From positions 1 through 60,218 of IMG/VR virus record IMGVR_UViG_3300036985_003389: a DNA stretch of 60,218 bases. One strand, 5' to 3'. The stretch comes from a virus. Its lineage: Duplodnaviria; Caudoviricetes. The stretch's first letter is position 1. Each line of letters starts with the position of its first letter. The notes below the pieces were generated by a model that did not search any database, was not told where the DNA came from, and saw only the letters and a program-made list of their open reading frames with translations. The translations under genes and the position numbers were made by a program. Positions 57,869 through 60,218 of this stretch are shown piece after piece.

Positions 57869-59362
57869 TCAAACCCTCCCCAGGAATTTATATGTCCCCT
57901 GTTGCTGCACGTATTCCATGCGCACACTGCCTGGAATGCCCATGATGTCGTAGTCTTTCGACTTGTCGATTTTGATGATCGTTTCAGCCGAGGCCAGATC
58001 CGCCCGGTACACCACGATGCCGTGATCCGCCTTGTTTTTCCATGCCGCTGAGCCGCTGATGTCGTACAGCGACAGATCGTCGATGCTCTTTCCCGCGGCG
58101 CCCTTGGTCGGATGCGCAACGACAATCAGAATGATCTGCAGCTGCCGCGTCAGGCGCTTCAGCACCCGCAGCGCCTGGTTGGTATATGCCGTCTCGTTCT
58201 CGTTGCGGCTCCAGACGTGCTCGATCTCATTCCAGGGATCGATAATCACCCATTTGCAGCCGTGGCGCCGGGCAGCCTCGGTGATCGTGTCCTGAAGCCA
58301 CGACAGGCTCATGCAATCGTCGGCGTCCTCCCGCTCCGGCGGCGGGATGACCTTGAACATCCGGTCGATCCACTCGACGGCGTTTTCGTCAATGCCGTTT
58401 TTCTGGCCGGACCATGCCGCAACATAGGCCATCAGGCTGAGACGGTTGCGGTCCGGGTGGTCCTCGAGTTGCAGAATCGCGCCTCGAAGGCCACGCAGCC
58501 GGGCGAGATTGGCCGCCAGCGCCAGCGTCCACTGCGACTTGCCAGCGCCGGGTGTCCCAGTCACGACCACCAGCTCGGGCGGGCAGAAACGTAGGTGTGG
58601 ATCCAGGTCCGGCCAGCCTGACGAATAGGATTCGCCTTTTGGACGCGGCGGGATCGCACTGTACGACGCCAGCCGGTCGGGCACGATCGGGAGCAGGTTG
58701 CGCATGATGCGTCCGAGCCCCTCGAGGCCATGCTGCATCAGCACGTCGTTGGCATCCTTCGAGCCGGCCGGGTACTGGAACCAAAAGCACTTCGACCGAC
58801 CAATTCGAACGGCCAGCTCCTCACGCAGCGCGACACCCGGCTCGTCGCCATCGGTCGACAGCACGACACGATCGAACTTCGCGATGTCGGGATGCAACCG
58901 GCCGGCCTGCCACAGATAGGCAAATCCGGTGTCGGTCTCCGGCAGAATGTCCCCCTCGCCCGGCTTGCTAGAATTCGATCCGTTCGGAACTGAGATGACG
59001 TACGGCGCGCCCGCTGCTGCCCACGCTACCGTATCGAACTCGCCTTCCGTGATGATCAGCGTGTCCCCGCGTCCCGACGCTTCGATCAGGCTGTCGAGGT
59101 TCCAGACGTACGGCGCGATCCCGCTGGGCTGCTGCCACATCCGCGACTTGTCGAGCGCCCGCCACTTGACGTGTGTCGGCTGACCGTTGCGCTGGTACAG
59201 AAACCCGATCGTACCGGTGTCCTGCCGGTGACTGACCAGCCCCATTTCCGAGGCCACCTCGCTCGGCAGGCCGCGCTTGTCCTCCAGCCAGGCGGCGTGC
59301 TCGTGCGAGAGCTGCAGCCGTGGCCTTGCCGGCTGGATCGTTGGACTGATCGTAGAACGCAT
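57869..59362 (-). CDS. TOPRIM primase + DnaB/RecA-type helicase (T7 gp4/Twinkle-like), lacking its Zn-binding domain
   Basis: ITEGEFD, SVPNG, TDGDEPG, KDANDVL, TGTPGAGKS, IIDPW, VAHP and ISGSAAWKNKAD. Confidence 0.9.
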   Translation of the reverse strand: MRSTISPTIQPARPRLQLSHEHAAWLEDKRGLPSEVASEMGLVSHRQDTGTIGFLYQRNGQPTHVKWRALDKSRMWQQPSGIAPYVWNLDSLIEASGRGDTLIITEGEFDTVAWAAAGAPYVISVPNGSNSSKPGEGDILPETDTGFAYLWQAGRLHPDIAKFDRVVLSTDGDEPGVALREELAVRIGRSKCFWFQYPAGSKDANDVLMQHGLEGLGRIMRNLLPIVPDRLASYSAIPPRPKGESYSSGWPDLDPHLRFCPPELVVVTGTPGAGKSQWTLALAANLARLRGLRGAILQLEDHPDRNRLSLMAYVAAWSGQKNGIDENAVEWIDRMFKVIPPPEREDADDCMSLSWLQDTITEAARRHGCKWVIIDPWNEIEHVWSRNENETAYTNQALRVLKRLTRQLQIILIVVAHPTKGAAGKSIDDLSLYDISGSAAWKNKADHGIVVYRADLASAETIIKIDKSKDYDIMGIPGSVRMEYVQQQGTYKFLGRV

Positions 59363-59561
59363 GGTCTTTATACCCACAATGGATGCAATAGAGCCGGATT
59401 CCGCGATCGTCGATCCAGACGGCCAGGCACGGCTTGCGGCGGTTGGCGGGCTTGCGGTCGTGGGAACACTGCGGGCACGTCGTGACGTGCTTGCCGGGCG
59501 CGTAGCTGTCGCCGTTGCGAAGCGTGACCCGGAATTGCTGGCACAGATCAGAAGGCGACAT
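58968..59561 (-). CDS. Primase zinc-binding domain in a separate, overlapping reading frame
   Basis: TCPQCSHDRK..KPCLAVWID..YCIHCG; AGGAGG RBS before ATG 59561. The part beyond ~70 aa looks like shadow of the primase frame. Confidence 0.7.
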   Translation of the reverse strand: MSPSDLCQQFRVTLRNGDSYAPGKHVTTCPQCSHDRKPANRRKPCLAVWIDDRGIRLYCIHCGYKDHAFYDQSNDPAGKATAAALARARRLAGGQARPAERGGLGNGAGQSPAGHRYDRVSVPAQRSADTRQVAGARQVADVAAAQRDRAVRLEPRQPDRSVGTRGHADHHGRRVRYGSVGSSGRAVRHLSSERIEF

Positions 59562-60216
59562 CGGCGACCTCCTGGCGAGCTGCTCTCGACGCCATCCAGG
59601 CCTTGTGGCTCTCGGATGCCTTCCTGTCGTACTCGGCCGCCTTTTCAGCGCTTTGGCGTTTTTCCTCAGCGACGCGTTTGACGTGAGCGGCCAACATCGC
59701 ATCGGCGTCGATTTTCTTCGGCGGAGGCCGCTTGGCTGCGGCGTCAGTGATCGGCTGTGCCTTTCGCGTGCCGTCCAGACGCCGGTCGCGCGCTTCGTAG
59801 ACAGCGTCAGTGAAGTAATCCCAGGCTCTGACCTTGCCGCCCCGCTTCCGGCTGGCAACCGCTGCCAGCGTCGGCAAAACGTCGAATTCGAGATCGCAAC
59901 CGCCTCCGATCCACGACAGCGGAATTGCACAGGTTGCCAGCCCATGTCGGTTAACCGGATCGTCCAGTGATCGCTCGGCAGCAGCGATCAGGCGCCGGGA
60001 CAACTCGACAAGATCGACGCCAGAAACAGGAGGTCCACTCCAATTTTTATGAACATCGTTCTCGATGGCGGCAGCATCTACTGCTACTGCTCTTCTTTGG
60101 CTATTGGCTAGTGGCTCACTAAGAGGCCCATTGATTTCATTGACTGATTTCGAAAAGACTAGGGGGGTATCTAGGGGGGTATCTAGGGGGGTATCTAGGG
60201 GGGTATCTAGGGGGGT
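59548..60216 (-). CDS. Replication initiator-like protein, 5'-truncated by the window edge
   Basis: The frame is open from the window end: (TPLD)n-VFSKSVNEING...WIGGGCDLEFDVLP..WDYF..AV. It lies upstream of the primase-helicase. Confidence 0.65.
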   Translation of the reverse strand, partial: TPLDTPLDTPLDTPLDTPLVFSKSVNEINGPLSEPLANSQRRAVAVDAAAIENDVHKNWSGPPVSGVDLVELSRRLIAAAERSLDDPVNRHGLATCAIPLSWIGGGCDLEFDVLPTLAAVASRKRGGKVRAWDYFTDAVYEARDRRLDGTRKAQPITDAAAKRPPPKKIDADAMLAAHVKRVAEEKRQSAEKAAEYDRKASESHKAWMASRAARQEVADVAF

Positions 60217-60218
60217 AT
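60159..60218. repeat. At least five perfect 12-bp tandem repeats (CTAGGGGGGTAT); probable origin iterons
   Basis: Directly visible. They are in-frame within the initiator gene and next to an AT-rich tract (60131-60158). Confidence 0.8.

Overview
The whole window is one GC-rich, probably alphaproteobacterial, temperate podovirus-like phage genome. Host assignment is inferred from gene content (Omp25-like porin, H-NS/HvrA-like gene, integrase type). On the + strand at left are a 5'-truncated class II ribonucleotide reductase, a DnaA-C-like HTH gene, a dual-frame C5-methyltransferase remnant, an HNH gene, an excisionase and the 5' end of an integrase. The integrase is cut by a 3.0-kb IS21 element (istA, istB, passenger ORF) that abuts a tRNA-Gly(CCC) 3' fragment, the likely attP core. 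On the - strand follow an MT-A70 + BglII/BstYI-like restriction-modification pair, lysis genes, tail-fibre genes, a 5,878-aa polyvalent virion protein, a T7-like head/tail module with terminase, accessory envelope and regulatory genes, thyX, a split primase-helicase and a replication initiator with 12-bp iterons at the window end. The most novel signal is inside the giant gene. It carries DarB-like MTase/SNF2, Fic-like, zeta-toxin-like, two HExxH, GNAT-like and LPD-type modules, plus two RBS-equipped genes nested in the +1 frame of its linkers: a TnpV-like gene just before the MTase and a 66-aa ORF just after the zeta toxin. All family calls are from motif recognition, not database searches.
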